Below, piece after piece: positions 23,101-24,000 of a stretch of 24,000 bases of DNA (positions are counted from its first letter, which is position 1; each line of letters begins with the position of its first letter). The notes under the pieces were generated by a model. That model was not told the DNA's origin and did no database searches. It saw only the letters and a program-made list of their open reading frames with translations. The position numbers and the translations under genes were made by a program. The DNA comes from Natronolimnobius sp. AArcel1. GTDB taxonomy: Archaea > Halobacteriota > Halobacteria > Halobacteriales > Natrialbaceae. Location of the stretch: NCBI RefSeq assembly GCF_011043775.1, contig NZ_JAAKXY010000001.1:263617-287616 (forward strand), written 5' to 3'.

Positions 23101-24000
23101 TCAGCGCTCAACGCGGCGAATCCACGTCTCCGGCGCATCGAGTTCGTCGTGACTCGGCAGGTACTCCGGGCCCTCCCAGACCAGCGAGGCCGTCTCGAGG
23201 TCGCGTGCGGCAGCGATGTGTTCGAAGAAGTCCTTGCCGCGTTCGTACTGACGGCGCTTCAGACCGAGGCCGAGCAGGCGACGGAACAACTGCTGAAGCG
23301 GGCCACGACCCTGGCGTCGCTCGTCGAGTTTGCGCCGCAGATCCTCGTACTCGCCGTCGAAGGCGTGGTCCATCAGGAGTTCGGCGTATCCCTCGACGAC
23401 GGTCATCGCCGCGTCGAGTTCGCGGAACGCTTTACGGTCGAACGAGCCGTGTGAGAGCGTCGCGATACCGTCTTCCATTCGTTGCTCAAGGTGTTCGGAA
23501 AGCCACGGGGCGGCCCCGAACTCGGCGGCGTGAGTCACTTCGTGGTAGGCGATCCAGCGCCGGAAGCGGTCGGAATCGACCGCGAGCGTGTCCGCCGCAT
23601 TGAGAATATTCGGCTGGACGAAATACAGCGCATGATCGTCCTGTGGCGAGTCAGCGAGCAAGAGCGGATCGTACTGGCCGAGGACGTTTCGCCCGAGGAA
23701 CGACAGGAGCACGGTCATGGTACCCGTGTTGACCGTGCGGGCGACGCCCGGGAACGCGCCAGTGTTGGCGTGGGTCTCGAGTGTGCGCATGATGCGCTCG
23801 AAGGTCGCGACGTTGGCGTCGATCCAGTGATGTCGGTTTTGGATCTCGACAGTCTCGGGAACGTCAAACTCGAGTCCAGAAACCTCGCGGACGCCGGCAC
23901 GGGCGTCTCGAACGTCGCGTGCGTACGCCTCGCGCTCGGCTGCCGTCAGCGCGATCGAGCCGGGATCGGTTGCTGCTTTGGCCGCTTCTGCGGCCGACTC
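23101..24000 (-). CDS. Zinc-dependent metalloprotease, DUF2342-like, partial (N-terminus beyond window end)
   Basis: HExxH motif in WIAYHEVTHAAEF. My translation of the minus strand 24000->23791 stays open in the same frame (ESAAEAAKAATDPGSIALTAAEREAYARDVRDARAGVREVSGLEFDVPETVEIQNRHHWIDANVATFERI), so the track start at 23790 is only an internal Met. Confidence 0.8.
   Translation of the reverse strand, partial: ESAAEAAKAATDPGSIALTAAEREAYARDVRDARAGVREVSGLEFDVPETVEIQNRHHWIDANVATFERIMRTLETHANTGAFPGVARTVNTGTMTVLLSFLGRNVLGQYDPLLLADSPQDDHALYFVQPNILNAADTLAVDSDRFRRWIAYHEVTHAAEFGAAPWLSEHLEQRMEDGIATLSHGSFDRKAFRELDAAMTVVEGYAELLMDHAFDGEYEDLRRKLDERRQGRGPLQQLFRRLLGLGLKRRQYERGKDFFEHIAAARDLETASLVWEGPEYLPSHDELDAPETWIRRVER

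Noticed and set aside
1-24000. Scan for tRNA, rRNA, CRISPR arrays, IS elements and integrases
   Set aside because: I saw no T-loop/acceptor-like tRNA signatures, no regularly spaced direct repeats with unique spacers, and no transposase or integrase motifs (DDE, or the tyrosine recombinase R..H..R..Y) in any long ORF.

Overview
High-GC sequence encoding acidic proteins, so most likely a haloarchaeal chromosome segment (possibly Natrialbales-like; this is inference, no search was possible). It is densely coded, and I support about 22 protein genes.

Genes in window order:
- A TrmB-family regulator (partial), translationally coupled to a very large RND/MMPL-type exporter.
- A formyltransferase-fold protein and an MBL-fold hydrolase.
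- A complete photosensory module, htrII-sopII, transcribed divergently from a retinal-synthesis pair (crtY, then a brp/blh-family dioxygenase).
- An Lhr-type helicase.
- A lower-GC patch holding a small hydrophobic ORF, a SAM methyltransferase and a PurM/HypE-like protein.
- A Bat-type HTH_10 regulator and a small winged-helix protein.
- About 0.9 kb of ORF-free convergent spacer.
- A Dna2-like nuclease-helicase.
- Several small membrane or acidic hypothetical proteins.
- A DUF2342-like zinc metalloprotease (partial).

I saw no rRNA, tRNA, CRISPR array, transposase or integrase.

I did not find a clear-cut novel multi-gene system. The best leads are:
1. The ORF-free spacer at 16943-17860. It holds two paralogous long hairpins that differ by two compensatory base-pair changes, and one of them carries a nested insertion of GC-rich mini-hairpins.
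2. An in-frame tandem hairpin repeat inside lhr.
3. A leaderless small ORF coupled by a GTGA overlap to a methyltransferase, next to a HypE-like protein that lacks the HypE C-terminal cysteine.
4. The back-to-back sopII/htrII and crtY/blh arrangement.
5. A 21-residue (three-heptad) expansion in the HtrII inter-HAMP helix.

All family assignments come from motif recognition by eye and from memory. None is database-verified.
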